From: Trueperaceae bacterium | GTDB taxonomy: Bacteria > Deinococcota > Deinococci > Deinococcales > Trueperaceae | DNA length: 64,000 nt | Direction: 5' to 3' | Assembly (NCBI GenBank): GCA_965214405.1 | Contig: OZ243956.1 | Span: 2,752,001-2,816,000 of the forward strand | Shown: positions 40,604-50,988 of the stretch, in pieces | How positions within the stretch are numbered: the first letter of the stretch is position 1 | Layout of the letters: every line of letters begins with the position of its first letter | Made by a program: the position numbers and the translations under genes | The notes under the pieces: model-generated | What the model was told of the DNA's origin: nothing | Databases searched by the model: none | The model's input: only the letters and a program-made list of their open reading frames with translations

Positions 40604-41284
40604 ATGAACCATATGGATCGTCCCGTTCTGCGCGCGGCGAATCTGCACCGTTCTTTTAGGACCGCCGACAGCGTGGTGGAGGTGCTTAAGGGGGTTGAGC
40701 TCGAGCTTTCCGAGGGAGACGTGGTCGCCATTTTGGGTCCCTCGGGTTCGGGTAAATCGACGCTGCTGCACCTTTTGGGCGGCCTCGACAAGCCGACCGG
40801 GGGCGAAATCTTTTGGGGCGACGTGGCGGTTCATGAGGAGCCTCAGCGCGCATTGGCGGCTCTAAGACAGAAGCGCCTGGGTCTGGTGTTTCAGCAGCAC
40901 TACCTCCTGTCCGACTTAAGCGTGCTCGACAACGTGATGCTGCCGGGGCGCATCGGCGGGAGGCCTGACCGGGCGCGCGCCGCTGAGCTTGTCGAGCGGG
41001 TGGGGCTAACAGGACGCGCGTCTTTTCTCCCTCACAAGCTTTCGGGGGGCGAGCGGCAGCGCGTGGCGGTCGCGCGCGCACTCTACGCGCGCGCGCCGCT
41101 CATCCTGGCAGACGAGCCCACCGGCTCCCTGGACCGCCACAACGCGGTGGCGGTCTACGAGCTTTTGGTCGCGCTGGCAAGAGAAGAAGGGAGCGCGGTC
41201 TTGATGGTGACCCACGACGAGGGGCTGGTGCGCGACGTAGACCGGCGCTACAGCCTGCGCGACGGCGTGTTAGTTGCCGCCTAA
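40604..41284 (+). CDS. LolD/MacB-type ABC ATP-binding protein
   Basis: GPSGSGKST, LSGGERQRVA, ADEPTGSLD; start uncertain. Confidence 0.88.
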   Translation: MNHMDRPVLRAANLHRSFRTADSVVEVLKGVELELSEGDVVAILGPSGSGKSTLLHLLGGLDKPTGGEIFWGDVAVHEEPQRALAALRQKRLGLVFQQHYLLSDLSVLDNVMLPGRIGGRPDRARAAELVERVGLTGRASFLPHKLSGGERQRVAVARALYARAPLILADEPTGSLDRHNAVAVYELLVALAREEGSAVLMVTHDEGLVRDVDRRYSLRDGVLVAA

Positions 41285-41385
41285 GCTGTTAAGTTTCCGC
41301 TCGCTTCATACCAAAGGCCACTGACGACGGAACCACCCGGCGCAACGCTCGTATCTTCCCCCTCAGCGGATGCTAAGGTAAACTT

Positions 41386-42468
41386 ATGAGTGACGCAGCA
41401 GCCAACACAGCGCCCAACGAATCAGCGACTGGCGGTGCCCAGGCAGAAACGGTCAATATTACCGAGCTGTTGGGCGACGGCATCGGGCCGGAGCTCGAGC
41501 GTAGCGTCCACACAATAGCCGACGCGCTGCCCATTAACTTCACTTTTCACCCCATCGACTGGTCGCTACCGACGCGAGAAAACAAGGGCGACGCCGCCAT
41601 CGACGAGGCCGAGGCGTCGATGCGGGAGACTAAACTTGCGCTCAAATATCCCACCGTGACCGGCTCGCGCTCGCCCAACGCGCTGATAAGACGCCGCTGC
41701 GGCTTTTCCGTTATCTACCGGCCCGCCATCTCGATCGAAGGCATCTCGTCAAATTTTAAGCGCAACGTAAATCTCCACATCGTCCGTGTGGCGGTGGGCG
41801 GCACCTATGACGACCCCGGCCAACTGGTCGGCAAAGACGCCGCCGTGTCGCTCCGTCTGGTTGAACGCGAGCCCTGCGCGCAGGCGGCGGCCTTTGCTTT
41901 TGAGCTGGCGCAAAAAAAGGGCTGGCGCGTCACCTCGTCGTCAAAGTACACCATCCAAAAGGCGACGGACGGGCTTTTCGAGTCGGTCGTCAAGGACGTT
42001 CACGAAAATTACGCCGAGGTGCCGCTCAACCAGGAACTTTTCGACGCGCTCCTAGCCAAAATCATCCTGACGCCGCAAAAGTACGAGGTGGTTTTGGTCC
42101 TCAACGAATACGGGGATTTTTTGTCCGACATGGCCTCGGGTCTCGTCGGCAGTTTGGGCACGGGGGCGAGCGGCAACTATTCGTTTAAGCCCAACCGCGA
42201 GGTCGATATCGCCATGTTCGACCCCGCCGGGGGCACCGCGCCCGACATCGCGGGCCAAAACGTCGCCAACCCCACCGCCGTTTTGCTCTCGTTCGGGATG
42301 CTTTTGGATCATGTGGGCCGCTACGATTTGGGCCACGCGCTGCGCTTGAGCCTGCTTCAGGCCATCCGGGAGGGCAAGAGCACTCGAGACCTGGGCGGGA
42401 CGTTGAGTACCACCGACTTTACGGAGGTGGTGCTGGGGGGTCTGGATGAGCATCTGCCGTCCACCTAG
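41386..42468 (+). CDS. Isocitrate/isopropylmalate family dehydrogenase
   Basis: GDGIGPE, NEYGDFLSD, APDIAGQNVANP. Confidence 0.9.
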   Translation: MSDAAANTAPNESATGGAQAETVNITELLGDGIGPELERSVHTIADALPINFTFHPIDWSLPTRENKGDAAIDEAEASMRETKLALKYPTVTGSRSPNALIRRRCGFSVIYRPAISIEGISSNFKRNVNLHIVRVAVGGTYDDPGQLVGKDAAVSLRLVEREPCAQAAAFAFELAQKKGWRVTSSSKYTIQKATDGLFESVVKDVHENYAEVPLNQELFDALLAKIILTPQKYEVVLVLNEYGDFLSDMASGLVGSLGTGASGNYSFKPNREVDIAMFDPAGGTAPDIAGQNVANPTAVLLSFGMLLDHVGRYDLGHALRLSLLQAIREGKSTRDLGGTLSTTDFTEVVLGGLDEHLPST

Positions 42469-42679
42469 TTGAGCCTTGAAGGCTCAACTCACGCTCAGTG
42501 CGGGTTGCGCGGGGTGTGGAGAAAATGAGGTGGTGAGGAGAAGATCAAACGCTTACACGCTCTGCTGCTCATCTTTTCATCTCTTTGTTCCGTTCTCTTC
42601 CGTAGCAGCGAGTCAACCGAACTCTGCATCCCCGACCTCGAGTCCTTACTCAAAAGGCGAGGGGCAGTAGGCACCATCA

Positions 42680-43804
42680 ATGGCTGACGACGCGCGTCCC
42701 GGACGCAAACTCTGGCAAGCACCGACGCTTCATAGTGGTGACGAAGCGCGCGGCGTCGGCTGGCTGGACCTTTTCTTCGACCTCTTCTTCGTCGCCCTCG
42801 TCGCCGAACTCGCGCATCACTTGACCGAGCACCCAGGCGCGGCGGGCGTGCGGACCTTTTTGTTCTTGTTCATCCCGGTATGGTGGGTCTGGATTGGCGA
42901 CACCTACTACGGCGAACGCTTTGAAACCGAGGGCTTAGAGTCCCGGCTCTACCTCTACGCGCTGATGCTGCCCGTTATCGGCATGGCGGTTTACGCGCAC
43001 GACGGGCTTGGCGAGACCTACACGGGCTTTGCGCTTTCTTACGCGGCGGCGCGGGCGGTGATCGCCTTTATGTGGGGCTGGGCGACGGTGACTTCTCTCC
43101 GCTTTAGGCCGACCGGGAGGTGGTACACGGGCGCGTTTAGCCTCTCAATCTTGCTGGTCGTGGTGTCTGTGTTTGTATCGTCGCCGGTCAACCTTATCTT
43201 GTTTGGGGCCGCGCTGCTTATCGACCTGCTCACGCCCATCGTCACGCGCCGCTTGCAAAATGAGTTACCCGGGTTTAGCGCCTCGAGGCTCCCCACGCGC
43301 TTCGGGCTCTTTACCATCGTCGCGCTGGCGCTCGGGCTGTGGTGGCTCTACTTCGACTTTATCGGGCGGCGGCGTCCCAAAGGGGGCGGGTGGATGATCG
43401 CGTGGAGCCATCTGCACCTGCCTTTTGTGATTGCCGTGGCCGCCATCGGCGCGGGCGTGACGAACGTGATTGCGGCTGAGGGCATTCTTGGACGAGAGGT
43501 TCAGCATCTTATCGGCGGCTTTGTCGGGGTGGCGCTCCTGACGTTGGCGCTGCTCGAGCCCACCCTCATCCGCACCTCCGGCGAGCCCACCCACAGGGCG
43601 CTAAGCCCGCTTCTTAAAGTTTTTTCAGGAGCGGCGGCGTTTGTGGTCGGCTTTGCGCTACCTCTTAATTCCCTTCTCTTCTTGGGGCTACTCGTCGCAC
43701 TTTTGCTCGTCAACATGGTTTATAGGCTGTGGGTTTGGTTTAGTCAGGGCGGGGCGGCGGAGAGTCCGGAGGCGGAGAGTCCGGAGGTTGCTATCGGTGC
43801 TTGA
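42680..43804 (+). CDS. Second LtrA family protein, with apparent in-frame deletion
   Basis: WLDLFFDLFF, RFGLFTI, LWWLYFD, HLP; about 30 aa shorter than the paralog between these motifs. Confidence 0.8.
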   Translation: MADDARPGRKLWQAPTLHSGDEARGVGWLDLFFDLFFVALVAELAHHLTEHPGAAGVRTFLFLFIPVWWVWIGDTYYGERFETEGLESRLYLYALMLPVIGMAVYAHDGLGETYTGFALSYAAARAVIAFMWGWATVTSLRFRPTGRWYTGAFSLSILLVVVSVFVSSPVNLILFGAALLIDLLTPIVTRRLQNELPGFSASRLPTRFGLFTIVALALGLWWLYFDFIGRRRPKGGGWMIAWSHLHLPFVIAVAAIGAGVTNVIAAEGILGREVQHLIGGFVGVALLTLALLEPTLIRTSGEPTHRALSPLLKVFSGAAAFVVGFALPLNSLLFLGLLVALLLVNMVYRLWVWFSQGGAAESPEAESPEVAIGA

Positions 43805-44042
43805 CTTTATGTAAAGCGTCACCAGAACAAGCTCCTGCTAAGGTAAAGTTCGGAGGCGTGGGGGCTCGAGCCTCGTGCTTCATAAGAAAGGGCGGGCGCT
43901 TACGCAACTGTTGGCCCGGTTAGTCACTTAAAAGAGGCGCACCCTTTGGGGGTGTCAAATGAATCAGGTGTTCGCCCTGAAGTTAGAATTAGACGAACCT
44001 GCTATTTTAGATAACGAGTGAACGCTTGGTTTTCTGGCTGAG

Positions 44043-45113
44043 TCACCGCATGAACGCGATCATTTGCTCAAATAGCTCTAGATCCTGACGGAAATCTGAC
44101 GGGTCCGTTTTGGGTGACAAACGTTCTGTGACATTTTTGTGAAAAGCTTTCCACTCGACTACGAAAGGATCTCCCCAGCCTGGGTGCGTGACCTGTTCTG
44201 TAACGCCACCGTTTCCGTCGATCTCAGTGACATAGACTCGGATTGGTAGATTGCGTATGTAAGGAGTATCGTACTGAACGCGAATAACCTTCTCCAAACC
44301 GTACACCTCGATATGCCCATCAAATCGGGGTATGCTGTCAATTCCCGTCTCAAACTGACAGACATAATCCCCATAGTCGAATGCTGCGCTAATATATCGG
44401 CCTGCGTGTCGGGCTGCTGCATAAAGGACACCTTTGGGCCTGCCCAGGAGTTCGCGCATGGCGGAGGTATCATGTGAACCGAGCCCAAGGAGCACCAAGT
44501 ATGCCTTTCGGAGAGCCTCTGGTGTATCTCCGATTGCTTCAAACACCAACGACTCTTGCAGAGTTTCGGCCTGCGCCTTAACTTCAAGTGGGATGTCACA
44601 GCCTCGGATGACGTTGGAGGTATTCTCGATAATGAGCGCGTTTTTGCCGAGAACGTCGTGAACACGTGCAAGATTGATTGATGGGAGTTTCCTGACGAGT
44701 TCTCGTGCATGTATAAAGGCAGGTGCATACCGGCGCATGTAACCTACCTGCACCGTCACCCCGTACTGCCTCTGAGCTTTGATGATGGCGTCGGCTTCGT
44801 GCAGGGTTATGCACATAGGTTTCTCAACAAGTACATGCTTGCCTGCTTTTATTGCCTCTAAAACGACCGATGAATGATAGGCGTGGGGATTGGCAACGAG
44901 AACGGCATCGACGTTGGGATGCTCGATAAGCTTACTATGATCTGTGAACCGTAGATCGACCGACCATTGATCGCCTACGCCTTCCAGTACCGTTTGGCTG
45001 ACATCACACAAAGCTGTTACTTCGAAATCCGTTTTGAGCTGACTTAGTGCGGGCAGATGAAGGATTTGGGTGACTTCGCCACAACCAACAATACCTATAC
45101 GCAACTTACTCAT
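44043..45113 (-). CDS. Gfo/Idh/MocA family oxidoreductase
   Basis: IGIVGCG, HVLVEKP, VGYMRRY. Confidence 0.9.
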   Translation of the reverse strand: MSKLRIGIVGCGEVTQILHLPALSQLKTDFEVTALCDVSQTVLEGVGDQWSVDLRFTDHSKLIEHPNVDAVLVANPHAYHSSVVLEAIKAGKHVLVEKPMCITLHEADAIIKAQRQYGVTVQVGYMRRYAPAFIHARELVRKLPSINLARVHDVLGKNALIIENTSNVIRGCDIPLEVKAQAETLQESLVFEAIGDTPEALRKAYLVLLGLGSHDTSAMRELLGRPKGVLYAAARHAGRYISAAFDYGDYVCQFETGIDSIPRFDGHIEVYGLEKVIRVQYDTPYIRNLPIRVYVTEIDGNGGVTEQVTHPGWGDPFVVEWKAFHKNVTERLSPKTDPSDFRQDLELFEQMIAFMR

Positions 45114-45161
45114 GTCGATAACCTCGCAAACAAGAGTTTGTATCTACACTGTTTTGTACCG

Positions 45162-46499
45162 CTAGGTAGCGGAAATAAGACTGCTTATCGCTTCTCGATA
45201 ACGAGGGGAAGCAATCGGCCCCTTAAGCAGTGGGTCGTTTGTCTTTTCCATCCAAGCTCTTAATCTAGCTTTGAGGTCTTGTTCTATTTCGTGATAATTT
45301 CCATCATCATAATTAGCTAAATTATTTCGCTCCAGCGGATCATCCTGAAAATCGTAAAACTCAAAGGGAGAGCGCGTGAAATAGGGACGAGTCGTGAGGG
45401 ATTCTTGAAACGCTTCACTATACACACCGTCGGTTTCACTTCCCAGGGACGAGGACATCTCGGGGGTGAAGATGAGCTTATGATTGACAGTGCGAATACA
45501 GCGCATAGGTTCGTAATGTATCCCGAAGGTGTGTTCTGCGAAAACTTCCTTCCGTTCAGAATACGGTTTGTTTTCCAGGAGCGGCCAAAAGCTACGACCC
45601 TCGATCGTATCCGGAATAGGTATTCCTACCGCTTCTAAAAGTGTTGGCACTATATCCACGTTGCTCGTAAGTTGACTCACCACTTTGCCTCCCACCAATC
45701 CTGCCTTAGGCCACCGCATAATCATCGCAATCTCAATCCCAGCTTCATAGAGAGTGCCCTTGCTGCCTGGAAACGGCATCCCGTGATCAGTTACAAAAAT
45801 CACCCACGTGTTGTCCGTTCGCCCTGTCACGTCCAGGGTTGAAAGGATTCTGCCAACCCCTTCATCAAGCTGACGAATGGCACCTTGAAACCCTGCTAGC
45901 TGCGCCCGTGTCGCTCGCACGTCTGGCAAGAAGGGGGGTACCTGAACACCCTTGCTAAGCTCAGTTTCACCCCATCCAACCAGAGGATATTGGTCCCACC
46001 GAGTATGAGCCTCGAAAAAACCAACTTCAAGATAAAAGGGTTCATTGGCCTTGTAATCCTCTAAATATTTACATGCTTCATCTGCAACTTGTTGGGCTGT
46101 TGCTTTAGACTCGAGCTGTGATAAAAAGTCGAAGCCCAACGCCTGCAGGAGGTCTTGCCTTTCCGACTTGACTACGTGTTGAAATCCAATTTGTGCAGTT
46201 TGGTAACCATGCTCTTTTAAGTGCCCAGCAGTGTGCCGTTCGCTTGCCTTTAGGATCCAATTGAAAGGTTCGAACAAAAAGCCCAACATACCCGTCGAAT
46301 GCGGGTAACGGCCAGTGTGTAGTGCGGCTCGCGACGGGCAGCAAGTCGGTGCCGTGCAAAAGGCATTTTCGAACCGTACGCCTTGTGACGCCAAACCGTC
46401 TAAGGCTGGAGACACTACTGTAGGATTGCCATAACAACCAAGATGGCGACCAAGGTCATGGCATGTGATGAATAAGATGTTTGGAGATGTATCGCCCAT
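45162..46499 (-). CDS. Cys-type sulfatase (sulfamidase-like)
   Basis: HDLG, CCPSRAALHTGRYPH (CxPxR), TDHG, KGTLY. Confidence 0.9.
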   Translation of the reverse strand: MGDTSPNILFITCHDLGRHLGCYGNPTVVSPALDGLASQGVRFENAFCTAPTCCPSRAALHTGRYPHSTGMLGFLFEPFNWILKASERHTAGHLKEHGYQTAQIGFQHVVKSERQDLLQALGFDFLSQLESKATAQQVADEACKYLEDYKANEPFYLEVGFFEAHTRWDQYPLVGWGETELSKGVQVPPFLPDVRATRAQLAGFQGAIRQLDEGVGRILSTLDVTGRTDNTWVIFVTDHGMPFPGSKGTLYEAGIEIAMIMRWPKAGLVGGKVVSQLTSNVDIVPTLLEAVGIPIPDTIEGRSFWPLLENKPYSERKEVFAEHTFGIHYEPMRCIRTVNHKLIFTPEMSSSLGSETDGVYSEAFQESLTTRPYFTRSPFEFYDFQDDPLERNNLANYDDGNYHEIEQDLKARLRAWMEKTNDPLLKGPIASPRYREAISSLISAT

Positions 46500-46560
46500 T
46501 ATGTTGTTCCCTTCAAGAGATAATTCTTACGACCCTGTCCATTTACCCATTCACAAACGT

Positions 46561-47412
46561 TTATCCTTTAACTCCCCCTGCGATGGCTCCATGAACCATG
46601 TATTTTTGGACGAACAGGAACAAAATAAAGGTTGGAAGCAGCGCGAGGGTCGAAGCGGCTAGAAGACTACCCCAATCGGTACGGTACTGTTCCATAAAGA
46701 ATTGAAGCCCGACGGGCATGGTAAGCAGGTCGTTGTCTTTGAGAAACACGTTCGCGATGAAAAACTCGTTGTATGAGAATAGAAACGAAAAAATCGCTAC
46801 CGCAGCGACCCCAGGCCCGGACAGCGGCAAAATAATACGGGCAAAACCCTGCATCTTGTTGCAACCGTCGACCAAAGCGGCTTCCTCGAGTTCCTTCGGG
46901 ATGCTGTCGAAAAAGGCTTTGAACATCCACGTGGCAAAGGGTAGATGCACCACGGTATAGATGAGGATGACCGAAAGGTAGGTATTTAAAAGGTGTAGAT
47001 TACGAAAGACGATAAACAGAGGAATGATAGCGAGTATGAGCGGAAACATTTGAACCATCAGCAGGGCGCGCGAGTAGCTTGTAAGGACAAAAGACCGAAA
47101 CCGCGACAGTGCATAACCTGCGAAAGAGGCGGCTATGACCGTACCCAGCGTAGCAGCAAAAGAAATAACAGCGCTATTCTTAAAAAAAGTCCAGAAATCG
47201 GTTCTGGTGCTTACGTAAACGTAGTTCCTAAACGAAAAAGAAGAGGGAAGAAGTCCTCGCGAGGTCGTGATCTCTGCTGTGCTTTGAAAGGAATTCAAAA
47301 TCATGCTGATGACTGGCAAATTGATGACCAGTACCACGAGAACCAAAACACAAAAAAGGCCCCATCTTTTTGCAGATGTAGTGCGCAACATGACTAAATC
47401 ATCGCTCCTCAT
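46561..47412 (-). CDS. Carbohydrate ABC transporter permease
   Basis: IPKELEEAALVDG EAA loop. Confidence 0.92.
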   Translation of the reverse strand: MRSDDLVMLRTTSAKRWGLFCVLVLVVLVINLPVISMILNSFQSTAEITTSRGLLPSSFSFRNYVYVSTRTDFWTFFKNSAVISFAATLGTVIAASFAGYALSRFRSFVLTSYSRALLMVQMFPLILAIIPLFIVFRNLHLLNTYLSVILIYTVVHLPFATWMFKAFFDSIPKELEEAALVDGCNKMQGFARIILPLSGPGVAAVAIFSFLFSYNEFFIANVFLKDNDLLTMPVGLQFFMEQYRTDWGSLLAASTLALLPTFILFLFVQKYMVHGAIAGGVKG

Positions 47413-48310
47413 TCTGAACTCTTAACAGGGCTACCGCGAGAATCGCCAAAATAACGAAGCTCACAACAGCAATGGCAGACCCAATACCCACGTCATTACG
47501 GGCGAAAGTGTACTTATACGCAAGAATAATGAAATTTTCGGTGGCATTCGAAGGTCCTCCCTGAGTGAGCAACCAGATCGAATCGAAGCCGTTGACGGTC
47601 CAAATCGTCATGAGAATGCACAGGACAATGGATATGTTCCTGAGTTGTGGAAGCGTGACATAACGAAAAATCTGCCAACCGCCCGCACCATCGAGCCGGG
47701 CGGCTTCATACAAGTTCCGGTCAATACCCTGAAGTGCCGCGAGAAGAGACAGCATCATGAAAGGAAAGCTTCGCCATATCTTGACGATGATCACAGAAAA
47801 GACAGCCCACCCCTCATTACTTAGAAAGTACACGGGGCCTAGCCCGACATAGCCGAGAACTACGTTGACAAGGCCGTACTGGTCGGCAATCATCCAGCGC
47901 CAGCCCGTTATAGCCACTATAGAAGGGATAATCCACGGAACAAGGAGTGCGACACGGAAAAACCCTTGCCCAGGGACGTTCTGATTGACCAACATCGCCA
48001 AAGCCAGGCCAAGGGAATAGCAACCGACAATATTGAAGAACGCAAAAATCAAACTAAAGTACGCGGCGTTGTGAAAATCCGCCATAGCGAAAAGTTCCGC
48101 AAAATTTTGTAAACCAACGAATGGTCCGAGTTGCAACAATGAGCCTTCACGAAGGCTATATAGAAGGCCGGTCAGGAAAGGATAAAAAATGATTGCGACG
48201 ATCAGTACAACTGAGGGAAGCAGCAGAAAATAGGGTAGCAAGTCGACCTTGTATGGTTTTTTCAGGGCCTGGGTTTTTTTGTGCCTACCCCGCGATAGTT
48301 GGGTTCTCAT
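47399..48310 (-). CDS. Carbohydrate ABC transporter permease
   Basis: LYEAARLDGA EAA loop, LTQGGP. Confidence 0.92.
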   Translation of the reverse strand: MRTQLSRGRHKKTQALKKPYKVDLLPYFLLLPSVVLIVAIIFYPFLTGLLYSLREGSLLQLGPFVGLQNFAELFAMADFHNAAYFSLIFAFFNIVGCYSLGLALAMLVNQNVPGQGFFRVALLVPWIIPSIVAITGWRWMIADQYGLVNVVLGYVGLGPVYFLSNEGWAVFSVIIVKIWRSFPFMMLSLLAALQGIDRNLYEAARLDGAGGWQIFRYVTLPQLRNISIVLCILMTIWTVNGFDSIWLLTQGGPSNATENFIILAYKYTFARNDVGIGSAIAVVSFVILAILAVALLRVQNEER

Positions 48311-48431
48311 AGATCACCTCAAGAGGAAAGCTTTGATCATTTTTGCTTACCGAGACGAGAAAGTGGGAGACGGATGTGAGTAACATAGGCCAGCTTTGTA
48401 CCCACACCCATCTGCTCAACCATTAAACGTT

Positions 48432-49733
48432 CTACTCTCCCAAGCTGAGGTCTTTCATGACGTCGCTGAACCTGGCGTTCGCCTTCTCGACCGAGGCCAT
48501 CAAATCCTTGCCTTGTAGAAGATCTTGAACCAAGGTTTGCATAAAGCCCTCTCCGTCGAGCACGTTAAGCTCTGGGAAGATCGAGGGATATTTGGCTCCG
48601 ATTGCCTGAGCGACCGGTATGTACTCATCGATGATCATTGCAGTGTTGGGATTTTCCTGAAAGAAGGGATCAGCCACGAACGATTGTCGCGCTGGAATGT
48701 TGCCGGTAATACCCCCGTCAATCCAGAGAGGTTTTTCGTGCTCCGCCCACCACTTTAGGAAGGTCTTAGCCGCTTCGGGATGCTCACTTTGCTTGTAAAC
48801 CATGATGCCGTTTAATGCTCGGAAGGTCCCTTTATCTCCGCTCGGTCCTTCTAAAGGCGGTAGCACACCAATATCATCGGCAATCTCGGGAAATTGATTG
48901 ACTAAACCAGGTCCGGCGAGAACGATAGCGGCGTCGCCTCGGGCAAAGGCGGACTGCGCATCTCCCGATGTATAGCCAGCGCTAGCTGGATGCATCACAC
49001 CGCTCTGCGCTAGATCCGAAAAGAAGCGAAACGCTTCTAAATTGCGCGGATCCATAAAGTCAGGCTCTCCCGTCTCGGTGAACAACCCACCACCGTTGTT
49101 GACGACAAGCGTGTAAAGGTAGTGGGTTCCTCCCGAATCTTGGGATCCAACAATCCCATACTGCCCGTCGCCGGTCAGCGCTTCCGTCGCCGCTCGAAAC
49201 TCTTCCCAAGTTGTTGGTAGTTCAATTCCCGCTTCTTCGAAAAGGCTCTTCCGGTAGTACCACGAACGAGTTCCTATGCTCCAGGGCAAAGCTATATTAT
49301 GCCCGTCGTACTTAAAGAAATCGACGACTCCAGGGACATAATCATCCAACTGACCTTCGTCACGGAGTTCGGCGACCACTTCATCAATTGGCTCGATTGC
49401 CCCCATATCGTACAACTGTACGGGGATAAAAGCGGCTCCAGTACTGATGTCCGGAGCGGTCCCAGAACCAATCGCCGTTAAGAAGGTTTGGTACCAATTA
49501 TTCCACGGAACAGAGCGGTATTCTACTTGAATGTCCGGATTCTCCGCGTTGAACTGGTCCACGAGTCCGGTCGCCACATCAATATACTGCGGCGGTCCCC
49601 AAACCATATCCCAGAATTCGATGTTTGTCTGAGCACTAGCTGTGCCTATGAAACCAAACAATGGGAGGAGTAGGAAGATGAATGCTGTTTTGAGTGAACG
49701 CTGACCTGGTCCTGTAGTACAGTTGTGGTTCAT
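48432..49733 (-). CDS. Sugar ABC transporter substrate-binding protein
   Basis: Signal peptide (ASA), FNAENPDI, APDI, PTTWEE. Confidence 0.9.
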   Translation of the reverse strand: MNHNCTTGPGQRSLKTAFIFLLLPLFGFIGTASAQTNIEFWDMVWGPPQYIDVATGLVDQFNAENPDIQVEYRSVPWNNWYQTFLTAIGSGTAPDISTGAAFIPVQLYDMGAIEPIDEVVAELRDEGQLDDYVPGVVDFFKYDGHNIALPWSIGTRSWYYRKSLFEEAGIELPTTWEEFRAATEALTGDGQYGIVGSQDSGGTHYLYTLVVNNGGGLFTETGEPDFMDPRNLEAFRFFSDLAQSGVMHPASAGYTSGDAQSAFARGDAAIVLAGPGLVNQFPEIADDIGVLPPLEGPSGDKGTFRALNGIMVYKQSEHPEAAKTFLKWWAEHEKPLWIDGGITGNIPARQSFVADPFFQENPNTAMIIDEYIPVAQAIGAKYPSIFPELNVLDGEGFMQTLVQDLLQGKDLMASVEKANARFSDVMKDLSLGE

Positions 49734-49831
49734 GCTGTTGAGGCTCCTTTCAACAACGGTTACCCGTCTGGGGGGCGTGAGTGGTCTATGATTGAAGACG
49801 GCTCAATAAAACCGCTGATCACGAGACACTC

Positions 49832-50842
49832 TTACTTGGGGGTGTTTACCGAATCTCTTACAACAAGTTGAGGGCTAAACCTTGGCACCACCTCCTTTTC
49901 AGCCGAGTAGCCTTTTAGATAGGAGATAGCTAGATGAGCAGCAGCCTCGCTCATCTCCTGGATAGGTTGTCTGATGGTGGTCAAAGGTGGATAAGCGAAA
50001 GCAGCAACGTCAACATCGTCGTAACCGACAACAGAAACATCCTCGGGAACACTCAAACCAGCTTGTCTCAAAGCTTTGTAAGCACCGATAGCCATAATAT
50101 CTGTCGAAGCAAAAATGGCGGTGAAAGCCTCATTACGCCCTAAAAGCTGTTCAGTAGCCTCATACGCGCTCGTTTGGTCAAAACCTTTAGGGCTAACGAC
50201 GAGTTGCTCGGAATAGGCTATGTTTGCTTTCTCTAAAGTACGGCGAAAACCGTTCAGTCTAGAAACAGTATGTTCGTGAAATTCTGGAAAGGCAATATGG
50301 GCAATGTAACGGTGCCCCTGGTCAATTAGATACCCTGTAGCCAGTTCCGCACCTTGTTCATCATCAATGCAAATACAGTGTTCAGCAAACGTAGAGACGT
50401 ATTGGCCTATATGTATGAACTGGATACCTTGCTCTGTAAGCTCGAGTAGCTTGTTTTCAGGTACATGCGAATTACTTAGAATGACCACATTGTACTTTTG
50501 CTGACGCAAAAACTCTATCGCGCTGAGTTCATCTTTTGATGAGCGGTTACCACTAGCCACCGTAATTTGCAAGTTGTAGCCTTTGGTTACGCCCTCAATA
50601 CCACGCAGTATCATACCAAAGTAAGGGTCAGCGAAATCTTGGATAACCACGCCTATACCATCAGCTTGCTTACCCGCTAAGCCCCTGGCAAATTTGTTCG
50701 GAAAGTAGTTGAGTTGCCTCATAGCGTTTGTGACCTGCTGTCCTGTTTTGGAAGCTACATTCCCATTTTGGTTAATCACACGGGAAACCGTAGCCGTTGA
50801 GACATTTGCAAGTTTTGCAACATCAGCTATAGTTGGCAACAT
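49832..50842 (-). CDS. LacI family transcriptional regulator
   Basis: TIADVAKLANVSTATVSRVIN, VPEDVSVVGYDD, PPLTTIRQP. Confidence 0.95.
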   Translation of the reverse strand: MLPTIADVAKLANVSTATVSRVINQNGNVASKTGQQVTNAMRQLNYFPNKFARGLAGKQADGIGVVIQDFADPYFGMILRGIEGVTKGYNLQITVASGNRSSKDELSAIEFLRQQKYNVVILSNSHVPENKLLELTEQGIQFIHIGQYVSTFAEHCICIDDEQGAELATGYLIDQGHRYIAHIAFPEFHEHTVSRLNGFRRTLEKANIAYSEQLVVSPKGFDQTSAYEATEQLLGRNEAFTAIFASTDIMAIGAYKALRQAGLSVPEDVSVVGYDDVDVAAFAYPPLTTIRQPIQEMSEAAAHLAISYLKGYSAEKEVVPRFSPQLVVRDSVNTPK

Positions 50843-50850
50843 AGCTCCTT

Positions 50851-50868
50851 AATGTAAGCGCTTACATT
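50851..50868. promoter_or_regulatory. LacI-type operator 1
   Basis: Perfect palindrome AATGTAAGCGCTTACATT with central CG. Confidence 0.85.
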
Positions 50869-50912
50869 GGGAATGCGGTTTGATTTCCCTATTATTTTGA
50901 TCTAGCATCTTG

Positions 50913-50955
50913 TGTAAGCGCTTACAACTCTACTCTAACCTCCCCATTTTGTCAA
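50913..50955 (-). promoter_or_regulatory. Sigma70 promoter plus LacI-type operator 2
   Basis: Minus strand TTGACA (50955-50950), 17 bp spacer, TAGAGT (50932-50927), then TGTAAGCGCTTACA (50913-50926). Confidence 0.82.
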
Positions 50956-50988
50956 GCTTCTGCATCGGCTCCATCGGCTGGGTGCAAC

